From Cladosporium halotolerans (lineage: Eukaryota): a stretch of 64,000 nucleotides of DNA. The stretch covers positions 930,001 to 994,000 of the forward strand of contig NW_027191454.1 of NCBI RefSeq assembly GCF_011745625.1, given 5' to 3'. Both the position numbers and the translations under genes were made by a program. The notes below the pieces were generated by a model that ran no database searches, was not told where the DNA came from, and saw only the letters and a program-made list of their open reading frames with translations. Every line of letters begins with the position of its first letter. Position 1 is the first letter of the stretch. This document shows, one piece after another, positions 33,714 through 46,060 of this stretch.

Positions 33714-35048
33714 ATGCCTCGACTCAACACCGTCAAGACCCGCACCGGCTACCACAGATGTAAGGCGCGGAAAGTGAAGGTGGGTGACCATTTGTAATTC
33801 AAGCGCTGCTCTGTGACGTCTGATGCGTAGCTCAACAGACAAGGCCCGCTGACCGACCTGCAGTGTGATGAAGCCCATCCCAAATGCGGCGCTTGTTCGC
33901 GGCACGGTGTCGAATGCACCTACGACAAAGTACGCGTCAACCGTCGCAAGCAAACTCTAGCAAAGATTCGTGCTGCACCGACAGAGACGCACTCAGTAGA
34001 AGACAAGGCTCGGCCAATCGACTCGCGCATCTCGACTCTCCTGGAGACACGCCTCATGCATGAATGGACGGCATATGTGTGTCACACGCTTTCTACCGCT
34101 TGGGAGTTCTGGAAGTATGAAGCGCCGCTTCTCGCCTTCGAGCATCGTTGCATCCTTGATGGACTGCTTTGTCTGGCGGCACTATACATTGCACGGCCAA
34201 ACACGCAGGATATTATTTGCTTAGGAGTGACCAGAGCTGATATGCCCTACATCGCGTCCATCTACTTCGAACGTGCACTCAGTGGACATCAAAAAATGCT
34301 CACCGACCTCTCACTCTCCAACGTGGAGGCTGCCTATGTCTCCTGTACATGTATCACCTTGGCATCACTTGTAACTCTTCGGGGGGAAGTCGAGGAATCA
34401 AGATTCCTTGTCAATGGCTTCTCTCAATGGCTCAGACTTTCTCGAGGCATGAAGTTTATCGTCAACAAGGTACGTCGCAAGAGCTACCGAAACTCATGTA
34501 AGCAAGAGGACCATTATCAGATCGCTGATACACATTCTCCCTAGTGGCATGGACTCGCCAGTTTCGAAGAGGTCCGGAAATTTGCCATCTTCCGCAGCAA
34601 ACCAGACCTATCGAACCCCAGCGAGCTCTACAATCGAGAGAATGCCGAGCCATTCAAACACCTGCTCACGTGGGCCAAAGAGCATGAGCTGCAGACTCCA
34701 GAAGACCAAGATGCCTACGCGAAAGCCCTCAGCTATATCGGCCTGATGTACAGGGGCATCACAGAGGGCTTTGACCATCCGTACGGGACCTGCAGACGTA
34801 TCGTCGCCATGACGAGCCTCTTGCCCGAGCGCTTTGTGGAGCTGATTGAGATCCGACGGCCAAGGGCGCTGGCTATGGCGATGCATGTGTTTGCGTGCAT
34901 GAAACTGGTCGAAAAAGAGGTATTCTGGATGGAGGGCATTGCTGAGCAACAAATTCCCATTCTATTACGAGATATGCCGAGCGCTTGGGCTGATGCTGTA
35001 CCATGGCCATTGGGCTTGATCGAAAGCGAGGGCTCAACAAGGATTTGA
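33714..35048 (+). CDS. Zn2Cys6 transcription factor (Upc2-like C-terminal domain) with first Zn-ligand Cys replaced by Tyr; exons 33714-33779, 33864-34469, 34545-35048
   Basis: MPRLNTVKTRTG-Y-HRCKARKVK/CDEAHPKCGACSRHGVECTY, then LETRLMHEWT and PERFVELIEIRRPRALA. Introns GTGGGT..CAG and GTACGT..TAG keep the frame. Confidence 0.85.
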
Positions 35049-36042
35049 GGATGCTGGAATTCCGACGAAATGTGTATAGCGATCATGTATCTTTTGCACC
35101 CTTGCTCTTGAATGAGCCGATGACCACGATTGACTACAGGTGTTGGCCTCACCGGCGTACTTTCTCACACTACGCAGCATTGGAGTTCACGAGAAGACAT
35201 ACATTGGATGTACCAATCACCAATGCAAGAAGCCCCAACACCATCGTCCTAGCTTGAAAACGTTGAGCCCTGTGATAATGGTCAGAGAGCATTGCAAAAG
35301 AGATGACGAGGGCGTCAATTTCATTCCACCCATGTCAAAAACGCTGGACGTCTCTCTTAGTTCCGCTTGTTGTCAAATACTAAGCGAATCGGGTAGGAAG
35401 CAATGACGATACTTTCCCTCCAAACCCTTGCTCGAGCCCAATGGCACAGTGGATAAGCCACGTCTTTTCTTTGCGACGGCGAAGATGGCATCAACGTCTA
35501 GCTTGTCTCTGGTCTTCATCACTGGACACTCGCAGATACATTATCAATCTGGGTCCACTCTTCAAGTCCCGGAATCGGAACACACACAGAGCCGCACGCT
35601 CAGACATTCTGCTAGTGTGGTCGGAGAAGATGTCTTTTCACATCCGGTGTGTTCATAGAACACGGACGGTATAGGGTTGAGTGAAGCAAATGGGCTGGGT
35701 GCCTAGATGTGGATCTCAAACGGCAGCCAGCGCGTCACCGATTGTCGATCGACGAATGACAACGCTTTGCCCACCACGACTACGACAGGCCGTGCTTATA
35801 CTAGATTTCTCATGACACAGGACTAATCAATGCATTTGGACGGATCGCTCGAGGAAGGACCGTGAAAGTTTTCGTTCCTTAGGGTTACCCGGTCATTGAT
35901 TGCCGATTTTGCACATTCAGTTCCTTGGCTTGCAACCGTGTCTTGGGCAGAGCATCGAGTATTTAAATCCACCTCAATCATCAAGAAACCGTTCTCGGCA
36001 CAATACCTTTCACAAGTTCCTCGACTCCGTTGCAAAAACACC

Positions 36043-37371
36043 ATGGGTTCCGAACAGTACCCCCTCCGCCAGTCCGGCATCTACCGCAACCTGCCTACCT
36101 TCGACCCATCGATCAAAGGTCTGAACGCATTGGTGGTCGGAGCAACAGGCATCTCCGGCTTCAACACAATCCGCTCCCTCCTCGACACTCCCCATCGATG
36201 GAGCACCGTCTACGCCGTCTCGCGTAGCGCCCCCTCGGAGGCCATGCTGTCACTGCTCTCGCCCGAACAACGCAGCCGCATCAAGCACGTCTCCATCGAC
36301 CTCACCAGCCCCTCCGACCAAGTCTCCACCGCCCTCAAGTCCGCCGGCGTCCAAGCCGACCACGTTTTCTTCTACGGCTACATCCACCCTGCCGGCAAGT
36401 CCGCCATGGACCCAGGCACGGCCGACGCCCTAGCCGAAACCAACGTGCCCATCTTCCGCAACTTCCTCGCCGCTCTCGAACCCGCAGGCCTCGCGCCCAA
36501 GCGCATCCTGCTGCAGACCGGCGGCAAGAACTACGGCGGACACATCGGGCGCGCGCGCACGCCCTACGTCGAGTCGGACCCGCAGCCCAAGCACCTGTCC
36601 AACAACTTCTACTACCCGCAGGAGGCAGCGCTGTTCGACCACTGCGCGCGCAACCCCGGCACGGACTGGAACATCGTCATGCCGTTCGGCATCATCGGCG
36701 CCGTGCCGGCCGCGGGTATGAACACTTTCGTGCCGTTCGCGGTCATGGCGGCCGTGCAGGCTGAGAAGGGCGAGCCGCTTGCCTATGGGGGCGATATCGA
36801 GGAGTGGCAGTATGAGTATTGCCACTCGTCTGCGCGGCTGACGGGGTACTTGAGCGAGTGGGCGGTTCTGGAGGAGAAGTGCAGGAACCAGAGGTTTAAT
36901 GCTCAGGACGGGGCGCCGGTGTCTTGGGATAGGTTCTATGAGGAGCTGGCGAGGTGATATGGTGTTGAGAAGGGCGTGAAGGGGCCCGTGGAGGACGAGA
37001 CAAGGTATCAGAGCATTGAGCTTGCGGGTGGCAAGGATTGCCCGTTGGGGTATGGGCCGCCGCCTGCGATTAAGATATCGTCGTCTTTTGTGGACTGGGC
37101 GAAGGACGAGGCGAATGCTAAGGCGTGGAAGAGGATCATGGAGGCTTCTGGAGGCCAAGTCAAGATGGATGTTTTCGAGGCTGGGCTCGATTTCGAGATG
37201 GCGGATTTCGTTTTCTACAAGATCGGACAGCCGTCTGTTGCGAAGCTGCGCAGGTTCGGATTCAACGGCTTCGTCGACACCATTGAGAGCGTCTTCGAGA
37301 TGTACCAAGACATGGCGAAGCTAGGCATCTTGCCTACTCCTCAGGTGGACGCTGCGAGGCCGATGATTTAG
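36043..37371 (+). pseudogene. PRISE/progesterone-5-beta-reductase-like (SirQ-type) NAD(P)-dependent SDR interrupted by an in-frame TGA at 36955-36957
   Basis: ALVVGATGISG, LQTGGKNYG, NFYYPQE motifs. ORF 35896-36957 and ORF 36976-37371 are in the same frame; ELAR*YGVEKG has a stop where Trp is expected. Confidence 0.8.
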
Positions 37372-38318
37372 AGTGCCTGAGGAAAGGCCGCGGTGGTGCT
37401 TAGTCACACGTCAACCCTCAGTTGATCTGCGTGTAATACTTCTTAGCATCCAGGTAGACTAATACCGCGTCGCTACCAGGACCATAATACTGTGTGAACG
37501 GACGGAGCATCCCGACGACGTCCAAATTCCAAACCCTTTAGGCAATAATGTCGAAGATACTTCGACCTCACATTGACGGCGGCTCAACACAACTTCGTTA
37601 CAGTACAAGGATACACCGCTTCCGCGGCCCTTCCATTAGCCCAAATCGACAAGCGCCTAGGCCTTCGTCACGCAGAACCCTGATAGGCGTTCCTTACGAC
37701 CGCTTTCGACGCACTTGCGTTGCCCTGCATGCGGGCCGAGAGGTGTGACAGCGACATGCTTTCGGCGTACCTTAGCTGTAGCTGGTGGGAGATCAAGCCT
37801 TGCGTGGCCGCTTACTGTCCCGGCTTGAAGTAGGCCCCGCGTGAGATTACTTCTTCAGCTAGCAGTCTTGCACAATTAAGCTCAAGGCGTCGAATCGGTC
37901 GATTGGGACCTGTATATCGATCGGGATGTTCGCTGTAGCGAATCAATGGATCGAGGGAATAATCCAGACGGTATGTTCCATTTGAGCGGATGGCCAAGTA
38001 TCTTTACCAGGAGTAAGGTACCTCACTCCGGCTTCATCCCGGATATCAGTCGCAGGTCAGCTATCGAGGTCATCATCTTCGATGGTGTGGATGGATTTCA
38101 TCCCCATGGCAATGGTAAGATGCTGACACGGTACACTAATATCGACCCCGTCCCTGTCACATCCTGGGGTCGAAACCCTCCAAAAGCTCGCGACGCAGGT
38201 TTGAACTCTCGAAGCATCAGCCAGCGAGTCACGCCACCGCCGCAACGTCATGGGTGACAATTTCCATCAAAGTATCACCCATTGAACCATCGACCCTGGC
38301 GAAATCCTTTTGGCGCAC

Positions 38319-39983
38319 CTAGGGCGAAAACCGCTCCCGCTTCGAAGCCTCCTTCGCAGCGATCACCTCGGCCAACTCCGTCGCGTACCCCTGCGGCCTC
38401 AGATCCTCCACCTCGTGGCCCTCGCGAATCGAGAGCACGTCCAGACCGTTGCGCCGCTGCTCCTCGCGCCGCAGGGGATCGGGCATCGGCCAGACGCCCT
38501 CCTTCCTGTCCTCTTTCTTCGCGCCTCGCTTCTCCCTGCCGACGAGCGACCGCGCCGTCGGGCACAGCCAGATCTTCGGCCACACGGCGTCGGCGAGGTC
38601 GATGTACTGCTCCAGCTCGCTCTCGAGCTGCTTGACGACGGAGCGGTTGGAGGTGATGGTCGTGCGGTCCGCGGCCCAGCCGTGCAGGAAGACGCTGCGG
38701 TTGATGTCTGTCTGCTCGCGGATGACGTGGGCGGCTTCGCCGGGGAGGTTTCGCTGGCAGTTGTTTTCGTCTTGGTCGACGACGCGGATGGGCAGCTGCC
38801 AGGTTGAGGGGACCTCGTACGCGGACCAAGTCTGCATTTCTTGCACGAGCTCTTCTCGTGATTTGCTGTCGTCGTCGCCCATCAGGATGGTCGTGCGCGC
38901 TCGCTCTGAAGCGGTCCCGATCGTGTCGACGATTTCGCGCATGCGCTTGCAGGCTTCTTGCGTGCAGACGAGCCCGCGGTCGCCCATCGCGGGATATAGT
39001 AAGGAAGGCAACAGATTTTCATTGTCTTCGATCTCAACCTGGCGTTTGAGTGCTTTGTGAAACCATGGCTCTTTCGAGACCTTCGCGTGCGAGAATTCCG
39101 ACACGATGGCGAGAAGGATCGTGCAATCGATGTTGAGCGTGTCTGTAAACCCAGAGAAAGGGTCTGGCACCATAATGCTTTGGGCGTCTCTGATAGCTGG
39201 CGCCTCCGGCATGTCGGCGGAACACCAGACCTCGACGCCCGCCACCCTGCAATCGTCCAGCACTTTATCAATCTCACCTTGCACCCCGGGAATAATTCGC
39301 GGAAGCACTAGAGTGACCTTCGGATGCCTCGTCCTAATCCGCATGGCTCTCGACGCACTCGCCAACTCCTTCGCCGTCTTGAGAATGGGAACATCGCGAT
39401 CGTCATCGCTCCTGTCGTCAGGGAAATCCTCGTCCTCATCGCTCGACGCTCCACACTCCCAGCCCTGCTTCGCCAGATCGAACAGCAGTCTCGTGTTGGT
39501 CACGAGGGACACTTTCGTCCACGACAGCCCCCCGTCAGCCACAGCATCGACAATCGTGCTCGCCGCTTTCAGCCTTCGTTGCTTGCCGCGCTGCCTGCCG
39601 TTCTGAATCGCTTTCTTCGTCGACGTGTCGTCCGCGTCCGGCCCGGAAGGATCGTAGTACATCCGTTTCTGCAGCGCCGTGAGGTTCTTCGACGACTTGG
39701 CGCTGTTCCACACCGTCTCGAGGAACGGCAGGTTCGACGATCGAACGATGTGGCTCGCCGAGTTGGCGTCCTCTTTCTGCGCCAGCCGTTCGAGCATGTT
39801 CAGCTCCGATTGCACCGTGCCGCGGAAGTGGGCCATTTCGATCGTGGCTTCCAGTCTGATGGAGCGGAGGTGCTCTTTGAAGACTTCCAATTCTGCGAGA
39901 AGCGTTTGCGCTCGTTTCGTCAGGTCTCCGAGGATGGACGAGAGCTCCGGGCCTGCATCTTCGGGCGTTGCGTCTTGTGCCAT
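38319..39983 (-). CDS. DUF1308 (C7orf25/UPF0415-like) protein
   Basis: SSNLPFLETVW, VDAVADGGLSWTKVS, TLNIDCTILLAIVSEFSH, REIVDTIGTASERAR, TITSN motifs. First ATG at 39983. Confidence 0.8.
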   Translation of the reverse strand: MAQDATPEDAGPELSSILGDLTKRAQTLLAELEVFKEHLRSIRLEATIEMAHFRGTVQSELNMLERLAQKEDANSASHIVRSSNLPFLETVWNSAKSSKNLTALQKRMYYDPSGPDADDTSTKKAIQNGRQRGKQRRLKAASTIVDAVADGGLSWTKVSLVTNTRLLFDLAKQGWECGASSDEDEDFPDDRSDDDRDVPILKTAKELASASRAMRIRTRHPKVTLVLPRIIPGVQGEIDKVLDDCRVAGVEVWCSADMPEAPAIRDAQSIMVPDPFSGFTDTLNIDCTILLAIVSEFSHAKVSKEPWFHKALKRQVEIEDNENLLPSLLYPAMGDRGLVCTQEACKRMREIVDTIGTASERARTTILMGDDDSKSREELVQEMQTWSAYEVPSTWQLPIRVVDQDENNCQRNLPGEAAHVIREQTDINRSVFLHGWAADRTTITSNRSVVKQLESELEQYIDLADAVWPKIWLCPTARSLVGREKRGAKKEDRKEGVWPMPDPLRREEQRRNGLDVLSIREGHEVEDLRPQGYATELAEVIAAKEASKRERFSP

Positions 39984-40386
39984 GTTGGGGGTGTGGTGGC
40001 GAGCGTTGTCATTCACAGATCCTTTTCCCTCCTCGATATTCCCTTGCAAGAGATACCAGCCTTCACTCCCATTAATACAAAATCATCCGCATTCGGCAAT
40101 GAGTCACGCGCCTCATTCAGACTGAATTGGAACCACCAAGTAAAAGCACGACCTCATGACTTAATTATTAAAATATCGCCCAAAAAGTCCCCTCCGCAAA
40201 CTCCTGGGATTACTCCCGCCAGCGAGCCGCCTCGCCGCCAGCGCGCGCGCCAAGGGCCGTCCCACATCGACTTCAGGCCCGTCATTGCGGGGAGAGAGAG
40301 AGAGAGACGCAGCGAACAGCGAAGCAGCTCCAAGACCGACCCCCGACACCACCGCTCGAGTGTCACACCCACACACACCGCGAAGG

Positions 40387-41012
40387 ATGGTCTACCTCCC
40401 GACGCTAGAAGAATGGCAGCGCAACGCCGCGCTCCTGCTGCAAGCGCGCCCGGCCTCGGTGCGTGAGTCCCATAATAATAACTCTCAGGCTCGCAAGTCC
40501 CATCCCGACTAACCAACCGCCTCCGCGACCGCGAGCAGGCCCGCATCACGACGAAATACCACATCCCGAACCTCGACTCGAAGCGCTACGCGAGCAAGAA
40601 GCGCCAGCAGCCCTCGGGTGAAGGACAGAATGAAGCAGCGCCGGAGGCGGCGAGAGTCCCGCGCGCGGTTCTGGAAGTCAAAGCCTACGACCCGGTCTCG
40701 GGCGTGACGCTGAAGTTCAAGACGGAGAAGAGCGCGGATGTGGGGAGGTTGGTTGCTGGGTTGGGGAGGATGGGGAGGACGATGGCGGCGTTGCCGGAGA
40801 GGGCGGAAGGTGAGTTTTGGGATTTGGGGGGGTGGTGGTGTTGGGGGGAATAGGGGAGAGAGGCTAATGATTCCACAGGGCTGGAGGATGCTGTTATGGA
40901 GGAGGCGCCTGCGGCGGAGGAGGCTGCTCAGGAAACTAAGCCTGCGCCTGCACCTGCGCCTGCGACGGGCGGAGGTGGAGGTGGGAAGAAGAAGAAGAAG
41001 GGGAAGAAATGA
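40387..41012 (+). CDS. Signal recognition particle Alu-domain subunit SRP9/SRP21; exons 40387-40458, 40539-40809, 40879-41012
   Basis: MVYLPTLEEWQRNAALLLQARPAS/ARITTKY...LEVKAYDPVSGVTLKFKTEKSADVGRL...GGGGKKKKKGKK*. Canonical introns. Confidence 0.88.
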
Positions 41013-44000
41013 GCTGCTCGGTCTGGACCTTCTGCAGCGGTTTCCGTTTGCTCTGTTCTGCTGGCGAGCAGGCGGAGGCTGCCACAGCTGCTGTGCTGGA
41101 TTTCACGTGTTGCGGCTGGTAGGGTAGGGAAGGGAAGGGATAGCAGACAGGCGCTCCGGAGGCTCCGGCTCGGTTCGATTCTCCGACCGCGGAGTATTAG
41201 AAGCAAAACCAGTCTCGACCTTCCGTCACGAAGCGCCGAGGCGAGCGACTGCGCGCCGCTCTCCACGGGCGAGAACGCATCCCGATCGGCGGAATGCAGG
41301 CTGCGTGAACGGCGTTCATCAACGTGGACGCGAAGCGCTAGATTTTCACGCCTATGTATGTACCTACCTGCTACGGTGGGGCTGAGGGCCCTTTAATGAA
41401 ACCTTGGGTGAATGCCCGCATTATGAAAATACAATCAATCTCACGCATTCCTGCCGGCGCTTTTGCGGTTCAGGCCTGGTTTGCGTCAGTTTGGCTGTCT
41501 GGATAGTCCCCTGTTGCTTGAGCAGATCTCATAGCACGGTGATACGGAGCTCGTTGCTCAAACGCCGAGGGGAGCTGTGCGCGAACGAAAGGCAGGCGCC
41601 ACATCGGCGTTTCATTCCTGCGAACGTCGCTGTGCCATCCAGATGCCGGTGCGTGAGGCTTGAGCGCAAAATGCAGGGTGAGCCTGCGAACCAAGCAAGC
41701 TCGCGTTCCGCGCGGTGCGGATCGACCTTCACATCACCCACGCAGGCCAATGAAGACGGCGCGTAACGCCTGGAGGATACGTAGCCGTGCAGCGAATCGT
41801 CCATGCTACTGCACAGATCTCACAGTGAAGGCGGCTGTGCTCGACATCCGGGGAGACGGTCGGCCGTTTTGCCATCGCGCGCGCATGTCGCGAACGGCTG
41901 GAGTGGGCTGGTCTGTACACATGTATGCATTGAACCGGCCCAGGTGGAGGCTTTCTCGGACGCTTTGTGGAGCCCGCGTGCTGGACGTGATCTCGCGCCG
42001 GCGTGACTTACGCTGCGAGCAGATGTCGTTGGGGACGCTTGCGGCGGGCCTGCTGTTTCGCTGCGGACGGGCCCAGATGTCAAGCCTCGTGGCGTGGACT
42101 TAGCCGTGCCGGGCGTACCGGCCGATTGTGGGGACCTCTGGGCCTGGTGCTGGAAGTTGCGCGATTACGATGCACGGTCTGTGGGGTGTTTGTGGAGAGG
42201 CCGGGTCGAGCGTAGCGGCGGACTATTCACGCTGTGGGCTTAGTCGGATGCTCCTGCGCATTTCGGAGTCTTGGCTTCGGACGGGGCGAATGAATCACAT
42301 TTGTGAAGGATCCTCTACATATGGGGCAGGAGGGCTGATGTTGTTCGCAATATAGCAGCTGGAAACACGGTTGTTGTTGTTGGATCGCCGATGCTGTTGC
42401 GCGGATTTTGCGGTCTGCACGGGTAAAACATGGCGTATCACTAAAAAGCGCCATTGCGCGAGGCCTCACTGGACGACGTCGCCGTCCGCGCGAGTCATCT
42501 CGACCATTAATTACTCAGCGCATATACCCATGGGCCGGGCGCGTTCTGGAGCGAGGTAGAAGGTTTGCCGGACGCCGGAGTGTTCATGTGCCTGCCTATC
42601 CATCGCAGGCCCTGGATGCCATACGTCAAGAGTGTGCCGTCCAGCGCATGCGAGGCGGTGATCAGGTTCAGCCTTGAGGTGCGCGTTGGCGTCATCGCCG
42701 TCCTCAAAGTCGCGCGCGTGTGAGACACCAGCCGCGTTGTTCGCATGGATTTAAACGGCAGGCTCACGTGCAGGCAAGGATGGTGGGTCTTAAGGCCGGC
42801 CGAGTTGCCCTGCTGGCTGGTGGGCAGGTGAAATGACGACCGAGGCGTTCCCGCGGGTCCTACCATCGAGCAGTCTCAGATATTGCAAGTCGCAAGCGCA
42901 ATGCAGCGCGACGTTTGGGACAGGGCAGGTCATGTGAACGGCGTCTCACACCGGCTGTGTCATCTTCAGGGCGCATGCGCGAGACGCCTGGCGGCAGCGC
43001 AGGCGTTGGACGTCGTCTCGTCGGCGTTTGCAGGTGAGCGCCGTAATGCGGTGGCACAGCAAGCGAGGCCAGTCATGCTCTGCGCCACTCGCGCAGTGAC
43101 ATGCCTCCATGCCTGCACCTTGCACATTGCATATAATCCGGGGAAACGGCCTATACCGCTCCGGGCGTAGCAGCGAAGGGGAGCCGCGCGATGCCGTTGG
43201 TGCGCAGGCCGACTACCGGAGGCCCAGCGTGCGCTGCTGCGTGGCAAAGAGGCCGATCTCTGGTACAGGTTCGCTTGCCACCGCCGCTCGCGACGATCTC
43301 CTACTCAGCGGGATGTGGACATGCGAATCACACATGCATCGCCGCGGCAAATGCCTCGCAACCAGTCTGTAGGGTTGAGGCTGCGCGGCCGGCTGAGCTT
43401 GTCGCTCGACGCCATCGAAGGCACGGCGCTGGCGGTACGGCCTACAGTAGCTCTCTAGGGCATGACGACGACCGACGCGCTGGCCTGGGACGGGAAGCCG
43501 AGGGGCGCGTGGCCACAAACTGCAACGGCCTGCATGGCTTGCCGGCTCAAGATACTTTTGAGATGAGCTCGACAACGCCCATGGACTCGATGCCCAGGGC
43601 CTGCTTGGCCGCGGCGGCCGGTCCCTTGAGCCTTCGAGCTTGTGCAGGTTCACTACTGCATGCTTCCGCGGTGCCTGTACGCCAGCAGCGCAGGCATGTA
43701 GGCGGGCAAGCGGGCTGTCGTATGCGAGCTGAGTACGAACGCGAATTGAAGCAGCGCTCGCGCTCGTGTCTGCGCGCGGAGATGCGCCGTGCTGCTGTCG
43801 CCGGCCGTCTGCAAACAAGCGAGGATCGATCTTCAGCGATGAGCGAAGATGTGCGCTGGGCGACGCTGCCGGCTGCGGCCGCCGGACGGCATTCCGTCTG
43901 GGTCGCCAGGCTGCGCCCTGCCCACGCACCACGCTACTCCAGAGCGGTCGACGGTTGGCGGTCGCGGTTGCGGTGGGCTCGGTGCAACATTGGCCCACTG

Positions 44001-44991
44001 GCACACGTCGCGCTAGAGTCAGCCCGAGCATCATCGCTCTTCATCACACAGGCAGGGCGCAGACGCAGGCGGGAGAGCAGGCTGGCGGGCTGGCAGGCAG
44101 GCCAGCAAGCAAGCAGGCAAGCAAGCAGCAGCCAGCCGGCAGAGGGTCGCGGCAGCAAGCATACAATGATGATACGGGACACACCTCACCCTGCCACTCA
44201 CGGAGCGATCCCCAAGCAGGTCGATCGGCTTATGTGCGCCAGGCCAGGCGCGGCCATCAGCAGTAGCAGTGCCATCCCGCCAGGGAGTAGTGCCAGGCCA
44301 CCCGCCCTCAGGCAGCAGCGGCAGGGCGCGCAAAGGGCCAGGGCCGGGCGCTGCTGCGGTGGAGCGGGCGGGGATCAGATATCATTTGCACGCGGGCATA
44401 TTGCCGTCGCGGTGCGGCTGCACTATTGGGCACAGGCGGGCAGGCGGCGGGCGAGAGGCAGAAGGGCGGCGATGGTCGACGGCGTGGCGTCTGGGATGCT
44501 TGCGGGCGCGCAAGGCAAGCTGCACGCCCGCAGCGTGGCCAGCAGCGCAGGGGAGCTGCCAGCCTGCCGCGCTGGAGAGCGCCGCTCGAGGGCTGCTGTG
44601 GGCGCGCTAGACGCTGTGCGGGCTAGCGGCGAAGTCAGAGCCAAGGGTCCTGGCGCCCCCGGGCTGGTGCGCGGTGTTTGGAAGGCTCTGCCGGCCTGCG
44701 CTGCTGCACTGCTGCACGGCCTGCACAGTAGGCTGCACCCTGCCTGGAGTTATGCGCGCATGCGCTCCGCTAGTCGCTGGACTGCGGCGGCGCCGCACTG
44801 GCACGCTGGGCCCGTCGACCGCCGCTGCTCACGGCGCCGGAGAGCCTGGAGGTCAATGGCGACGGCGTCTGCCCGTCCATGCAACCACGCACCCTGTGCC
44901 CGAGGCAGGCGTCATGTCGCCCCGGCCTCGTCTCTGCCGCTGCGCTCTGGCGTCCTGCCAGCGCTCCCAGCACCGGCACCGCGACCTCGAA

Positions 44992-45075
44992 TACCTTACC
45001 TTACCTTACCTCACCACTCCCACGCGGCCAGCGACACTTACTCTCCCTCCCTCCCTCCCTCCCTCCCTCCTCCCA
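44992..45075 (+). repeat. (CCTTA)n and (CCCT)n pyrimidine-rich microsatellites, probable core promoter/TSS region
   Basis: taccttaccttaccttacc followed by ctccctccctccctccctccctcc; marks the start of an AUG-free region leading to ATG 46061. Confidence 0.7.
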
Positions 45076-46060
45076 CCGCCTCGCCCTCCGCGTCGTGGAT
45101 AGCCTCGCCGTCTACCTGAAACCAGCCCGCCCGGCCAGCATCGATATTACGGCCGGCCTCCAGAGCCCCGACCCTCCTCTGCCCGCTGCCCGCCGGCGCC
45201 ACCCTCTCTCTCCAGACCCCAGAGCCAGCTCCCCAGATTCTGCCCTGGCCGCCTTGGAGCTCTGAAACGAGAGGCGCGAGTGCCGCTTCCCAGCTCGTGC
45301 CCGCAGAGCGACTGCTCGTATAGCCCGGCAGCCAGCACGCGGCGGCCGTCAATCGCCTCGTCCGTGTGCGCTGCCTGTGTGCGACAACCGAGCCCGACCG
45401 TGGCTGCACGCCAAACTCAACTGGCCCTGGGCGAATCCACCGGCTTCGACGTGATCCGCGCTCGAACGTTATTTGGCGCTGGCCCAAACCCTATTACTTT
45501 AAGCTCTCCGGGGACACCAGCTGACGACCTTGGGCCCTGCCGGCCCTGCCTTCGCCCGACCTGCGCGGCTCTCCCTTGTCCCACGAGACGTCGACAATAA
45601 TTTCCCGTACCACCGCCCTCTGCGCATACTGCTGTGTTGGACCTGCGCTGGCCTCACGGGCGTCCGCACACACATCGACTGCCCTGCATCTGTCCACACC
45701 AACAGCGCACGCCTACCCCGCGATCCGGCGCACGCCTGCTGCCACACCGACTCGACCCGTTTCCCGCGCTGCGCTCGGCTTGTAAGAGCAAGGTCCAAAC
45801 CCCGTCCGACGACACAGGCATTGGAGGCACCACAGCTCCTCGACGCCCCGACTGTCTGTCCCACGGCCTTGCGACAGTCACGCACGAACTCTACGGTTGC
45901 CGGCGGCGTTTTGAAGGCGTTCATTGTACTTGCTCTTCGCATCACGTGTCTATAAACAGATCCGGTGCTACACGACAATCAACAGTTCCTTTTCGCAACC
46001 AGTATACGACTTGCCGAGAGATATTGCGGGCGCTAGTCCGTTCGGATACATAAACAGACG

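Noticed and set aside
41150..41195. GGTTCGATTC B-box / tRNA T-loop-like sequence
   Set aside because: Flanks do not form a T-stem, and no acceptor, D or anticodon arms can be built.
43191..45119. 642-aa ORF on the plus strand
   Set aside because: Ala/Arg-rich with no recognisable domain and it runs through simple repeats; typical of GC-rich non-coding DNA.
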